Shown here piece by piece: positions 9,712 through 19,718 of a DNA stretch of 64,000 nt. The DNA comes from Turneriella sp. Lineage in GTDB: Bacteria > Spirochaetota > Leptospiria > Turneriellales > Turneriellaceae. The stretch spans positions 960,001-1,024,000 of the forward strand of contig CBDIID010000003.1 of the NCBI GenBank assembly GCA_965279515.1, written 5' to 3'. The first letter of the stretch is position 1. Every line of letters begins with the position of its first letter. The notes beneath the pieces are model-generated. The model worked only from the letters and a program-made list of their open reading frames with translations. It had not been told where the DNA came from and searched no databases. Made by a program: the position numbers and the translations under genes.

Positions 9712-10983
9712 ATGCAAACCCAAGGGCCACTGAACCGTTTCCACGCCGCTTCTCTGAGCATTGCCTCGCATGAGCTCGAGTGCCTGGCCGAATTTCCTGA
9801 TTCGCGGGCGTTTTATACCAGCACTGCCGCGGGCCTGCCCCCCGAAATTCCCGGGCTGCTCTATATGGCCACTTGCAACCGCGTCGAAGTCTATGCCGAA
9901 TTTGCCGAGGGTATCGATGCCGAAACGGGGTTCCGTGCGCTCGCTTCAGTTTCTCCTGTCTTTGCTAAACTCTTTGCTAAAGATCCGCAGGTTTTTCAAG
10001 GCGGTAAAGTGCTCGCTCACCTGATCTCTGTGGCAAGCGGGCTCAAAAGCCTTGCCCTGGGCGAAACACAGATTGCCGGGCAAATCAAGCGTGACTTGGC
10101 GCATGCAGACGAGCTTGGCTGGCTCTCCCCGGGAATGGGCACGCTGCTTAAGAAAGCGCTCGAAACGCAGAAAAAAATCCGAACTTCTACGGGAATTTCC
10201 GAAAATTCCTATTCCCTGATGAGTCTCGTCGATGAGGCGATTGCCGAGCGGGGCCTGAGACCGCTGCAAAATACGGTGGTGCTTGTTGGCGCGTCAGAAA
10301 TGTCTGCAAAAGTGGCGCGTTTCGCGCTGCGCCGTAACGTCGCGAAGTTTATCCTGGTGCGCAAAGATACCAGCCGCGCGATGAACGGCGAGATGCGGCA
10401 AATTATCGACGAGAACAAAGAAAAGTTTCGCGAAATGACGCTGGCAGACTTTAAGACAACCACCGAAGAGATCTCCGCTGACGCGATCGTGCTTGCCTCT
10501 ACCGCTCCTCATCCGCTTTTTACAGCAGGGGATATCCGTACGCTGACCGAACGCGGCGTGCTGGCCGCAGACGCCGGCATCGTTGACCTGTCTTTGCCGG
10601 CAAACGTTGCATCCGATGCAGCGCTCGCTCTCTCTAGCCGGCTGATTTCACTCTCATCACTGCAGCAGATCTCAGAAGAAGCGCGCGCCGAACGCGCTTC
10701 GAGCGCCCTGGAAGCCGAGCCGATTATTCGCCGCGCGGTCTACCAGCTCTGGCTCGATTCGCTCTACCGCGAAAATCCTGAAGTTGTGCGCAACTACATC
10801 GAAAACAAATCGGGCCAGAGCGAAAGCGAATGGCTGCGCCTGGCCGATGAAGCCGCACTCAGCGAAAAACAAAAACGCATCATGTACGATTTTATCAAAA
10901 AAGAACAGCGCCGGGCGCTGCAACAGCACCGCGAGATGATTCTCGAACTGATTGCCGGTGCTGCTTCGACACCTTCGCTTTGA
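9712..10983 (+). CDS. hemA: Glutamyl-tRNA reductase
   Basis: TCNRVE catalytic Cys, VASGLKS..LGETQI.GQIK, Rossmann VGASEM, DLSLP. Confidence 0.9.
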   Translation: MQTQGPLNRFHAASLSIASHELECLAEFPDSRAFYTSTAAGLPPEIPGLLYMATCNRVEVYAEFAEGIDAETGFRALASVSPVFAKLFAKDPQVFQGGKVLAHLISVASGLKSLALGETQIAGQIKRDLAHADELGWLSPGMGTLLKKALETQKKIRTSTGISENSYSLMSLVDEAIAERGLRPLQNTVVLVGASEMSAKVARFALRRNVAKFILVRKDTSRAMNGEMRQIIDENKEKFREMTLADFKTTTEEISADAIVLASTAPHPLFTAGDIRTLTERGVLAADAGIVDLSLPANVASDAALALSSRLISLSSLQQISEEARAERASSALEAEPIIRRAVYQLWLDSLYRENPEVVRNYIENKSGQSESEWLRLADEAALSEKQKRIMYDFIKKEQRRALQQHREMILELIAGAASTPSL

Positions 10984-12689
10984 CCGTGGCCGGAAAAAGC
11001 GGCACGCCGATCACGCTCGCCTCGCGCGATTCGCTGCTGGCGCTGACGCAGACAATCGATGCGGCGCTGCGGCTCGAAACCGCCGGCTTTCAGCCGCACA
11101 TTGTGACACTCAAAACCGCGGGCGACCTGAAGCTCGATGCACCCCTGTATAACAGCAAAGAAGGCCGGGCCTTTTTCACGCGCGAACTCGACGATGCTTT
11201 GCTGGGCGGTAAGGCCGACGCCGCCGTGCATTCCTTCAAGGATCTACCTACAGAAAAGGTGACGGGTATTTCTGAGCCTGTTTTTTTCTCGGAGACAACG
11301 GGCGCCGACATTCTGGTGGCGCGGGAAAGCATCGATCCGGAAAACGACGCAGCAAAACTCATCATCGGCACATCTTCCTTGCGGCGCATTCACCAGCTTG
11401 CACTGGCCTACCCCACCGCACGCACCGAGATGTTGCGTGGCAACATCGTGACGCGGCTCAGAAAACTCTTCGAGGCCGACCGGGGCATCAATGCAATTTT
11501 GATTGCCGGCGCGGGCATCGACCGGATGACGCACTTTTCTGCGATTGAACCCGAGCGGTATGCCCGGTTTTGCGCAGAAGCCGTCTCGGCCCACATTGCT
11601 GCGGAACTGAAGAAATTCCAGGATTACCTGGGTTCGGGGATTTTTACGTTGCCGCTCCCCGAAGAATTTTTTCCCACGGCGCCCGGGCAGGGAGTGCTCG
11701 CATTGCAAATGTCTGCAGCGTCTGAAAAGCAGCATGGCGAGAGGCTTAAAAGGGCTTTCCCTGAGCACGAAAAAATTGCCGCGCGTGTGATGCTCGAGCG
11801 TGAAGTCATGACCGGGCTTGAAACCGGTTGCCATGCGCCGCTGGGCGTCTCGGCATTTAATGGCCGTGACAGTAATTTCCGTCTTTCGGTGTGTTTCAGT
11901 AAAAAAGTGACAACTGATCCGGTAAAATTTTCCGAATCGCTGTTCATCCGCCGGCAGGTGCGCGCAGATGCAAAGGCGGTCATTGCGGAGATTCTGCAGC
12001 CGTTCACCAAGGCGTTTTGGTGGGGCTTTAAAGACGCACCGGCAGATTCATCCCCCGAACTCATCCGTATCCCCGCGGTTAAACAGGTGGCCGTTCAGGC
12101 ACAGCTGCAACGGAGTGAAAAATTCGCCTCGGTATTCGTTGCTTCGGCAACTGCCATCGGCGCGCTCAGGGATTACGACCTCTTCAATACGCACTTCTAT
12201 GTGGCAGGAGAAGAGACTGCGCAGGCGCTGAAAGCCGCGTTCCCGGCCGCGCATATTACAATAACAGGCCGGGGTTTTGCCGCAGCGGCCTCGCAGATGC
12301 CCGTCCCTGCTCTCTGGCTGGGCTCCGTGTCAGGGGAAACGCGCGCCCGGAAAATCGCCGCGGGAAAACCCGGTTTTGTGTTTTTGCCGGTTTACGAAAA
12401 CCTGCCCGCTGGCGCCGAAGAGCTTCGCGGCAGTGCTGAACTCGGTGATACAAACCTTGTACGTGAGGCGATCCACCTGATCACTTCAGCGGCAGCGGCT
12501 AAGGCATTTACCGGTTTTTGGGGCGGGCGCAGGCAGGCTGATGCCAAGATCTCGTGTTTCGGCGACTCTGCGGCGGAGCACCTCGCGCAACATGGCTTTA
12601 CGCCCTACCACATCAGCGCTGCAGAAAACTTCACGGAATACTTGGCAGAAATCCGCGGCGATACAGATGGTATGCGGAAACGAGGTTAA
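10980..12689 (+). CDS. hemC: Hydroxymethylbilane synthase fused to a uroporphyrinogen-III synthase-like domain (HemC-HemD)
   Basis: SRDSLLA, AVHSFKDLP, GTSSLRR, LRGNIVTRL, APGQG, GCHAPLG; C-terminal ~220 aa HemD-like (VAGEETAQAL, PVYEN, TSAAA). Confidence 0.88.
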   Translation: MTVAGKSGTPITLASRDSLLALTQTIDAALRLETAGFQPHIVTLKTAGDLKLDAPLYNSKEGRAFFTRELDDALLGGKADAAVHSFKDLPTEKVTGISEPVFFSETTGADILVARESIDPENDAAKLIIGTSSLRRIHQLALAYPTARTEMLRGNIVTRLRKLFEADRGINAILIAGAGIDRMTHFSAIEPERYARFCAEAVSAHIAAELKKFQDYLGSGIFTLPLPEEFFPTAPGQGVLALQMSAASEKQHGERLKRAFPEHEKIAARVMLEREVMTGLETGCHAPLGVSAFNGRDSNFRLSVCFSKKVTTDPVKFSESLFIRRQVRADAKAVIAEILQPFTKAFWWGFKDAPADSSPELIRIPAVKQVAVQAQLQRSEKFASVFVASATAIGALRDYDLFNTHFYVAGEETAQALKAAFPAAHITITGRGFAAAASQMPVPALWLGSVSGETRARKIAAGKPGFVFLPVYENLPAGAEELRGSAELGDTNLVREAIHLITSAAAAKAFTGFWGGRRQADAKISCFGDSAAEHLAQHGFTPYHISAAENFTEYLAEIRGDTDGMRKRG

Positions 12690-12691
12690 TC

Positions 12692-14038
12692 ATGGAAAAC
12701 AAAAAATCCCGGAAACTCTGGCAGCGCGCGCTGAATATTTTCCCCGGCGGCGTTAACTCACCCGTGCGCGCTTTCCGCTCTGTGGGCGGAGACCCTGTCT
12801 TCATCGCCTCGGGTAAAGGCACTTACGTGAAGGATGCCGACGGGAACAAATATCTCGACTTTCTTTCTAGCTGGGGCCCTTTGATTCTCGGACATGCACC
12901 GCGCAAGGTTGTCAAAGCAACGCGCAAGGCCGCCCTCTCAGGCTCAACCTTCGGCGCTACGACCGCGATGGAAGTCGAAACCGGCGAATTTATTCTTTCG
13001 CACCTGCCGTTTGCGGAGAAGATCCGTTTTGTAAACTCAGGTACAGAAGCCGTGATGACGGCCTTAAGGCTCGCGCGCGGTATCACGGGCCGCCAGATGA
13101 TCATCAAATTTGAAGGCTGTTACCACGGCCACAGCGATGCCCTGCTGGCGCGCGCGGGTTCGGGCCTTTTGACGCTGGCCGGCAATATCGCCGAGGCGAG
13201 CTCACCCGGTGTGCCGGATAGCATCGTGCAGAACACCCTGGTGCTGCCGCTCGACGATTCAGCGGCATTTGACGAAGCGCTGAAAAAATTCGGCGACAAT
13301 ACCGCCGCCGTGATTATCGAACCTGTACCCGCCAATGCCGGGTTACTGGTGCAGCGCCGCGCCTTCATCGAATATATCTTAACCGCGGCGCGCGCGAAAA
13401 AGATTCTCGTGATCTTCGACGAGGTCATCAGCGGTTTCCGCCTTGGCTTTTCGGGTTATGCAGGGCGCGAAAATCTCATCCCCGATATTCTGACCTATGG
13501 CAAAATTATCGGCGGCGGCCTGCCTGTCGGCGCGATTGCCGGCAAAAAAGCCGTGATGGACCAGCTCGCGCCCGAAGGCCCCGTTTATCAGGCCGGTACG
13601 TTGTCAGGAAACCCCCTCGCCATGGCGGCGGGCCTCGCGGCGCTGAAGAGCCTGACACGCAATAACGGCGAAGTCTATGAACATCTGAAAAATCTCGCCG
13701 CATGGCTGAAGGCGAACTTCACCGCGGAAATCCTACCTGTTTTTGCCGGCCGCGACTGGCAGGTTGTACTCGTGCAGGAAGAATCATTGTTCTGGCTTTC
13801 TTTTCAGAAAGCCGGAGCGCCCGCTTTCGTGCGCAATGTCAATGCGATTGAAAGTTTCGCCGCAAAAATATACGCACGTATTTTTCATGAAATGCTGAAC
13901 CGCGGTATTTATCTCGCACCATCGGCGTATGAAGTCGGATTTCTGAACGCGGCGATGAAAAACCGCGAAATCGATTTTTTTACTGAAAATCTGAAAGCGG
14001 TTATCAAGACCCTGCCCGAGCGCCTGAAGGATTTCTAA
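12692..14038 (+). CDS. hemL: Glutamate-1-semialdehyde 2,1-aminomutase
   Basis: PGGVNSPVRAF, NSGTEA, GCYHGHSD, FDEVISGFR, GKIIGGGLP, YQAGTLSGNP; start at ATG 12692 just after hemCD stop. Confidence 0.95.
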   Translation: MENKKSRKLWQRALNIFPGGVNSPVRAFRSVGGDPVFIASGKGTYVKDADGNKYLDFLSSWGPLILGHAPRKVVKATRKAALSGSTFGATTAMEVETGEFILSHLPFAEKIRFVNSGTEAVMTALRLARGITGRQMIIKFEGCYHGHSDALLARAGSGLLTLAGNIAEASSPGVPDSIVQNTLVLPLDDSAAFDEALKKFGDNTAAVIIEPVPANAGLLVQRRAFIEYILTAARAKKILVIFDEVISGFRLGFSGYAGRENLIPDILTYGKIIGGGLPVGAIAGKKAVMDQLAPEGPVYQAGTLSGNPLAMAAGLAALKSLTRNNGEVYEHLKNLAAWLKANFTAEILPVFAGRDWQVVLVQEESLFWLSFQKAGAPAFVRNVNAIESFAAKIYARIFHEMLNRGIYLAPSAYEVGFLNAAMKNREIDFFTENLKAVIKTLPERLKDF

Positions 14039-15105
14039 TGGCCCAGGTTCAGCGCAAGAATCTTTCGCGCCTTTCGCTGTTTTCCGGGTCAACCCTGGCG
14101 ATGGCATTTTCCATGCTGTCGGTCATCGTGCTGCTTATCTGGTGGCAGCAGCTCATCAGCAAAAACCTGGAAACGCAGTACCGCTTTTTTGCGGCGGAGG
14201 CCACGGGTGAAAATGTCACCGACGCGCTGCGCCGCCTCATCGAAGACCAGGATGCTAAACTCGGCGCACTGCTCTTTGCCGAAAAATCAGCGAATACGGT
14301 TATACCCGGGGCCCGGCAAATCATTGAAGAGCGGCTCAAGAACCGGCAGAAGATGGTGCTCTACGAACAGACTTTTTTTATTCTGCTGCTTTTGTCAGGG
14401 CATATCTTTTTTCTCTATATTTATTTCCGCGAACGGCTGCGGCGCCGCCAAACCGAGGAGACCATACTTCTGGCGACACATGAACTCAGGCAACCCTTGC
14501 AGTCGCTCTCCCTGGCCCTCGAAACTGTTGCGCCCAAGGCAAAAGGACAGAGCCTCAAGGCCATCGAATCGGGTCTCAGGGATATCACGCGCCTCGGCGA
14601 CCACATACGCTATCTGGCGGGGGCATTCTCGCCGGTCGTGAGAAAAGCGGGGATAACCCGCGTGGAAAACCTGCCGGAGTTCGTGCAGGCCTTGATGCAA
14701 CGTGAGTTCACCGCCGCCGAAAACAAACGCATCGTCATGCGGTTCGCGACAACACCTGCTGTGACGCTAAAACTCAATACGGAACTTTTTGTTTTTTTAC
14801 TCCGCAACCTGACAGAGAATGCCTTAAAATATGCGACAGGAACGGTCGAAATCGCCGGCAAGGCCGAAGCCAGGTATCTGCGGCTGTCCTTTGAAAACGC
14901 CGGTGCGGCGATTCAGCGGGAGGATTTCCAGAAAATTGGTTCGATCTTTTACCGGCCGGCAGCGGCCGGCGTTCAAAACACAACGGGGTTCGGCCTCGGG
15001 CTCTACCTCTGCGGCCGCATCGCGCGCAATGCCGGTGGAAAACTATTATTTCAGAACGATGAGGCAGGACGCACTTCGGCAAACCTGCTGTTGAGGCATA
15101 GCTGA
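14038..15105 (+). CDS. Sensor histidine kinase of the haem operon
   Basis: Two TM segments, H-box HELRQPL, N-box NLTENALKY, G-box GFGLGL. Confidence 0.9.
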   Translation: MAQVQRKNLSRLSLFSGSTLAMAFSMLSVIVLLIWWQQLISKNLETQYRFFAAEATGENVTDALRRLIEDQDAKLGALLFAEKSANTVIPGARQIIEERLKNRQKMVLYEQTFFILLLLSGHIFFLYIYFRERLRRRQTEETILLATHELRQPLQSLSLALETVAPKAKGQSLKAIESGLRDITRLGDHIRYLAGAFSPVVRKAGITRVENLPEFVQALMQREFTAAENKRIVMRFATTPAVTLKLNTELFVFLLRNLTENALKYATGTVEIAGKAEARYLRLSFENAGAAIQREDFQKIGSIFYRPAAAGVQNTTGFGLGLYLCGRIARNAGGKLLFQNDEAGRTSANLLLRHS

Positions 15106-15797
15106 TGCACCGCGGCAAACACATCGCCGTCGTCGAAGATGATGACAATATCCGCGCGCTGATTGCCGAAAACCTCAAAACCGCGGGTTACCGTGTTTCG
15201 GCGTTTTTTACCGCCGAACAATTCGAGCGCAAGGCGGATGCAGGTTACAATCTGCTGCTGCTCGATATCATGCTGCCGGGCAAGAACGGCCTGCAGCTGC
15301 TCAAGGAGATCCGCGCGAAAGGCTTAAACTTCCCGGTGATTCTCGTCACCGCTTCGGAAACCGAATCGCACATCGATACAGCGCTCAGCGCCGGCGCGAT
15401 CGATTACATTGTTAAACCCTTTAACCTGAAACACCTGCTGCTGAAGATCGAAAATTTGTTCGACCAGATCGGTGCCGCTCCTGCTGGCGAAAAAAGGGAT
15501 GCCCTGACGATCGGCGCGGGCAGGTTTGATGCCGAGCTCAATATCGTCATCCGCGAAAAAAAAGAACATAAGCTGACGCCCTCAGAGGCGGCGACGCTCA
15601 CCTACTTCATCGAAAACCCAAACCGCATCATCAGCCGCGAAGAGTTGCAGGAACATATCTCGGCCGAGGCCAAGGCGATATCATCGCGCAACCTCGATAA
15701 CTATATCCTGAAATTCCGCAAACTCTTCGAAACCGACCCTAAGGATCCCGTTCTTTTTGTTACAATTCCCCGCAAGGGTTATGCGCTCAAGCGCTAA
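15105..15797 (+). CDS. OmpR/PhoB-family response regulator, HemR-like
   Basis: VEDD, LLDIMLPG, DYIVKPF, winged helix ending TIPRKGY; lies between hemL and hemE as in Leptospira. Confidence 0.9.
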   Translation: MHRGKHIAVVEDDDNIRALIAENLKTAGYRVSAFFTAEQFERKADAGYNLLLLDIMLPGKNGLQLLKEIRAKGLNFPVILVTASETESHIDTALSAGAIDYIVKPFNLKHLLLKIENLFDQIGAAPAGEKRDALTIGAGRFDAELNIVIREKKEHKLTPSEAATLTYFIENPNRIISREELQEHISAEAKAISSRNLDNYILKFRKLFETDPKDPVLFVTIPRKGYALKR

Positions 15798-15806
15798 GGA
15801 TGACGA

Positions 15807-16835
15807 ATGACACAACAATTCAACCGCTTTGATGCAGCCGTGCGCGGCATCGCCGCCGACCGCACACCGGTCTGGTTCATGCGCCAGGCTGGGCGCTACC
15901 TGCCAGAATACCGCGAGGTACGTAAAAAGCTGAGCTTCGACCAGATGCTCGCCGATGCTGCTGTCGCAACGGAAATTACGCTGCAACCGATTCGCCGCTT
16001 TAACCTCGATGCCGCGGTTATCTTTGCCGATATCATGACGATTCTCCAGGGACTCGATATTCCGTTTAATTTTGCTTCCGGCGGGCCTGAGCTGACGTTT
16101 AATATTAAGGAAGAAAGCGAACGGCTAAAACTTAACGCTGTGAGACTAACTGCCAACGAGGCAAAATTCTCGGCTTTTCTGCAGGCGATCCGAAATACCC
16201 GCGCCGCGCTCGGTAACGATAAATCTGTCGTCGGTTTTGCCGCATCGCCGTTCACGCTGCTGAGTTACCTTATCGAGGGCAAAACCTCGAAAACACACAA
16301 CCGCACGCGCGCTTTCATGGCCTCTGAAGCCAAACTTTTCGACCAGCTGATGGCAGACATCGCCGCTTGCACCGCGGCCTACCTGAAGCTGCAGATTCAG
16401 GCCGGGGCTTCGGCCGTGCAGATCTTTGAATCGTGGGGGGATGTACTCGGTGGACGTGAATATGCCGCGCGCATTCTGCCTCATATCCGCCGCATTACCC
16501 AGGAAGTGATGCCAGATGCTCCGGTCATTTTCTACGACAAAGGCGCATCGCTGCACATCAACGAAGTGCGGCCGTTCATTGCTGAAACCGGCGCAGTCTA
16601 CTCGGTCGACTGGCGCATCGATCTTGGTACGCTTTCTGAAATCAAGGTGCAGGGTAACCTCGACCCGGCCCTGCTCGAGAGCGATGCGGCATCCGTGCGC
16701 ACAGCAACGCGGAATATTCTCGTAGCACGGCAGAAAATTCCCGGTCATGTCTTCAACCTGGGCCATGGCATCACGCCCGAGGCAAAACTCGAATGCGTCG
16801 AAGCCATGGTTGAAACCGTTCAGACCTATAGCTGA
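15807..16835 (+). CDS. hemE: Uroporphyrinogen decarboxylase
   Basis: PVWFMRQAGRYLPEY, QIFESW, QGNLDP, FNLGHGI. Confidence 0.96.
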   Translation: MTQQFNRFDAAVRGIAADRTPVWFMRQAGRYLPEYREVRKKLSFDQMLADAAVATEITLQPIRRFNLDAAVIFADIMTILQGLDIPFNFASGGPELTFNIKEESERLKLNAVRLTANEAKFSAFLQAIRNTRAALGNDKSVVGFAASPFTLLSYLIEGKTSKTHNRTRAFMASEAKLFDQLMADIAACTAAYLKLQIQAGASAVQIFESWGDVLGGREYAARILPHIRRITQEVMPDAPVIFYDKGASLHINEVRPFIAETGAVYSVDWRIDLGTLSEIKVQGNLDPALLESDAASVRTATRNILVARQKIPGHVFNLGHGITPEAKLECVEAMVETVQTYS

Positions 16836-18163
16836 TTTTTCGTCAGCAGCGCGACGGCTTCAAAGTGATGTGTCCACGGGAAAAAATCAAAGAGCCGCAT
16901 GTTTTGCACGCGGTAACCTTCGGCCGCAAGATAACCGAAGTCGCGCGCCATGGTCGCGGCGTTACACGAGGAATAAACAATCGGACCTGAAAAATCAGCC
17001 AGCGCATCGCTGCGCAATTTATCCCAGGTTTCCTTCATGAGCCCCGCGCGCGGCGGATTCACCAGCAGGGCCTGCGGCCTGAAACCTGCAACAGAGCGCT
17101 GAAATTCTCCGGAAATTTTTTCAGGCAGAAACAAGTCAACCTTGTGGTAATCCCGGTAAAAATCAGGGTTGAGATTCTGACCACCGCTTTCGAAGCGCAC
17201 TTTCGCGACGTCTGCCGGCGTCAGTAAATCGGCTGCCAGCGTATGAAAGGGCAGTTTCTGCATCAGCATACGCGAAATAAAACCAAACCCGGAAAAAAGC
17301 TCCAAAACCCGGTCGGTTTTTCCCGCTGAAGCCAGGTAAGTAGCCATGGTTTCGAGCCAGCGCGGCAACATGCGCAGGTTGACCTGGAAAAATTGCGAGA
17401 CTGGAAATTCAATTTCCGTAGAGCTGCCGGGTGGCCAGGCTACGGTATATTTCATCATCGTAGCAGCTTCGTTTTTGTGATTGAGTTCGGTAAAGACCGC
17501 ATTGCCGCCGGTATCCATCCGAATGCGCGCAGCGCGCACCTCGACGGGAAAGGCAGGGAATTTATCGCGCAGCGATTTCTCATCGAAAATCAGGCAGCCC
17601 TTTTCGGGGAAGGCACGGGTGCGGTACGACATCGGCTCGTAAAAGCCATAAGTGCCAAACTTGTTGATGTGCACCTGGACATGGTTGCGGTAGTGAAGAA
17701 GTTCTTCTTCGGGGGCCTGATCGACGGTAATTTCCGGGATTTCCACCTTATGGTGGCGCAACTGATTTCTCAGCCACTCTTCTTTAAAGCGCAGCGTATC
17801 GGCATAAGACATGTGTTGCATCTTGCAGCCGCCGCAGCGCAGAAAATTTTCGCAAGGGGGCACCGTTCTTTGCGGTGAAAGCGACTTCAACGCCCAGACC
17901 GGGTGTGCAAATTCCGCGGCCGCATCTTCTGCGCTGAGTTGATCGCGGTAAGCGAGAACACCGTGTGCAAGCTTCGATTTTACCTTGGCGATACGCGCGA
18001 TAAAACGTTCGCCCGGCAGAACTCCCCAGATGAAAAAAACATGGGGTTTGAATTTTTCTTTCATCGCCTCATCGGCGAAGTATGACAACCCCAAACCTTC
18101 AGAGACGAAATGTTTACACTCGAGCTCAACAAACGCGCCGGATAAGAGGCGGCGGATATTCAT
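16826..18163 (-). CDS. rlmD: 23S rRNA m5U methyltransferase (RlmD/TrmA family)
   Basis: C..F.RCGGC..QH Fe-S motif, YRN, FFQVN, ELFSGFG, NPPRAG, YSSCN..TMARD, DFFPWTHHFE. Confidence 0.8.
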   Translation of the reverse strand: MNIRRLLSGAFVELECKHFVSEGLGLSYFADEAMKEKFKPHVFFIWGVLPGERFIARIAKVKSKLAHGVLAYRDQLSAEDAAAEFAHPVWALKSLSPQRTVPPCENFLRCGGCKMQHMSYADTLRFKEEWLRNQLRHHKVEIPEITVDQAPEEELLHYRNHVQVHINKFGTYGFYEPMSYRTRAFPEKGCLIFDEKSLRDKFPAFPVEVRAARIRMDTGGNAVFTELNHKNEAATMMKYTVAWPPGSSTEIEFPVSQFFQVNLRMLPRWLETMATYLASAGKTDRVLELFSGFGFISRMLMQKLPFHTLAADLLTPADVAKVRFESGGQNLNPDFYRDYHKVDLFLPEKISGEFQRSVAGFRPQALLVNPPRAGLMKETWDKLRSDALADFSGPIVYSSCNAATMARDFGYLAAEGYRVQNMRLFDFFPWTHHFEAVALLTKNQL

Positions 18164-18169
18164 GTTAGC

Positions 18170-19717
18170 TTAATGCCTGAAGTGGCGCATGCCGGTGAAG
18201 ACCAGCGCCATACCGTGTTCATCGGCTGCCGTGATGCTGTCGCCGTCTTTGATGGAGCCGCCCGGCTGCACGACCGCCGCAACGCCGATGGTGGCGCAGG
18301 TATCGATGCTGTCGCGGAACGGGAAAAAGGCTTCGGAGGCCATGACCGATCCCTTCAGGGATAATTTGGCGTCATCGGCTTTGGTTTGGGCAATACGAAT
18401 GCTGTCGATGCGGCTCATCTGTCCCGCACCGATCGCCAGTGTGCGACCGGCTGCGGCAAAAACCACCGCATTGGATTTCACGAATTTAGCGACGCGGAAA
18501 GCGAATTCGAGGTCTGCGAGCATCGCCGCGTCGGGTGCTTTTTTCGAAACCACTTTGAGATCGGCTTTCTCCCAGAGTTTTTGGTCCTGATCTTGCAAAA
18601 GAAAACCGCCGGCGCCGGGCACAGAACGGATATCTTTCACAAGCCGCGAGGTCGCAGCGGCCAAGTCCACAGATATTAGCCGCAGGTTCTTTTTCGCCTT
18701 AAGAATCTCAAATGCCTGCGCATCAAATTCAGGGGCAATGATGAGTTCAAAGAAGTGCGGCGCCAGTTTTTCGGCGGCGGCCGGCAAAAGCTTGCGGTTG
18801 AAGACGACGATGCCGCCGAAAAAGCTGACTGGGTCGCAATCCATCGCCTGCTGCAGAATCAGCGCCTGATCGGCGCCTGTAGAGACGCCGCAGGGATTGG
18901 TGTGCTTAAAGATCGCACAGACCGGCTTTTCAAAATCGGCTGCTAAGCGGATCGCGATATCGAGGTCGAGAATATTGTTAAAGGAGAGCTCTTTACCGTG
19001 CAGTTGTTTCCAGACGGGAGTTGTGCCGGCTTCAACCAGGTAAGATGCGCCCTGGTGCGGATTCTCGCCATAACGCAGCGGTTGGGCTTCGGCGAGATTG
19101 AGTTTTTGGGTTTTCTGCCCGGCTCGAGTCGCAAGGTAACCACTGATAGCCGCATCGTAGGCGGCTGTGCGCGTGTAAGCCTCGAGGCGGCATTTCTCGC
19201 GGAAGGCAAGATCGGTCGAACCATTGCCCTTCTCAAAATTTTCGAGGAAAGCAGCGTATTGCGCTGCAGAAACCAGCACGGTGACTGCCGCCGCATTTTT
19301 CGCCGCCGAGCGGATCATTGCCGGGCCACCGATATCGATGTTCTCAACCGCTTCTTCAAATGTTGTCTCGGCTTTTGCCGTTACGCTTTCGAAGGGGTAG
19401 AGATTCACGACCACAAGGTCAAAGAGTTTGATGGCGTGTTTGTCAGCAGCCGCAAGGTGTTCGGGCAGGTCACGGCGCGCGAGAAAGCCGCCATGCACCT
19501 TGGGGTGAAGGGTTTTTACCCGGCCGTCCATCATTTCGGGAAAGCCGGTGTAATCTTCGACGGCGGTTGCGGCAAAACCCTGCTCGCGCAGGAATTTGAG
19601 CGTGCCCCCAGTGGAAAAAAGCTCTACATTGCGGTGACTAAGAGCGCGCGCCAGTTCGGTGAGGCCCGTTTTATCGGATACCGAAAGCAGCGCGCGTTTG
19701 ATTGGGACTGAATCCAA
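18170..19717 (-). CDS. purH: Bifunctional AICAR transformylase/IMP cyclohydrolase
   Basis: ALLSVSDKTG, GRVKTLHP, NIDIGGP, LRYGENPHQ, KHTNPCG, FTGMRHFRH. Confidence 0.97.
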   Translation of the reverse strand: MDSVPIKRALLSVSDKTGLTELARALSHRNVELFSTGGTLKFLREQGFAATAVEDYTGFPEMMDGRVKTLHPKVHGGFLARRDLPEHLAAADKHAIKLFDLVVVNLYPFESVTAKAETTFEEAVENIDIGGPAMIRSAAKNAAAVTVLVSAAQYAAFLENFEKGNGSTDLAFREKCRLEAYTRTAAYDAAISGYLATRAGQKTQKLNLAEAQPLRYGENPHQGASYLVEAGTTPVWKQLHGKELSFNNILDLDIAIRLAADFEKPVCAIFKHTNPCGVSTGADQALILQQAMDCDPVSFFGGIVVFNRKLLPAAAEKLAPHFFELIIAPEFDAQAFEILKAKKNLRLISVDLAAATSRLVKDIRSVPGAGGFLLQDQDQKLWEKADLKVVSKKAPDAAMLADLEFAFRVAKFVKSNAVVFAAAGRTLAIGAGQMSRIDSIRIAQTKADDAKLSLKGSVMASEAFFPFRDSIDTCATIGVAAVVQPGGSIKDGDSITAADEHGMALVFTGMRHFRH

Positions 19718-19718
19718 C

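Noticed and set aside
10980..12689. HemC-HemD fusion as a novelty
   Set aside because: Already known from Leptospira haem operons
12554..12691. Long N-terminal extension of hemL in the ORF track
   Set aside because: Overlaps hemCD; the ATG at 12692 after GAGG gives a normal HemL N-terminus
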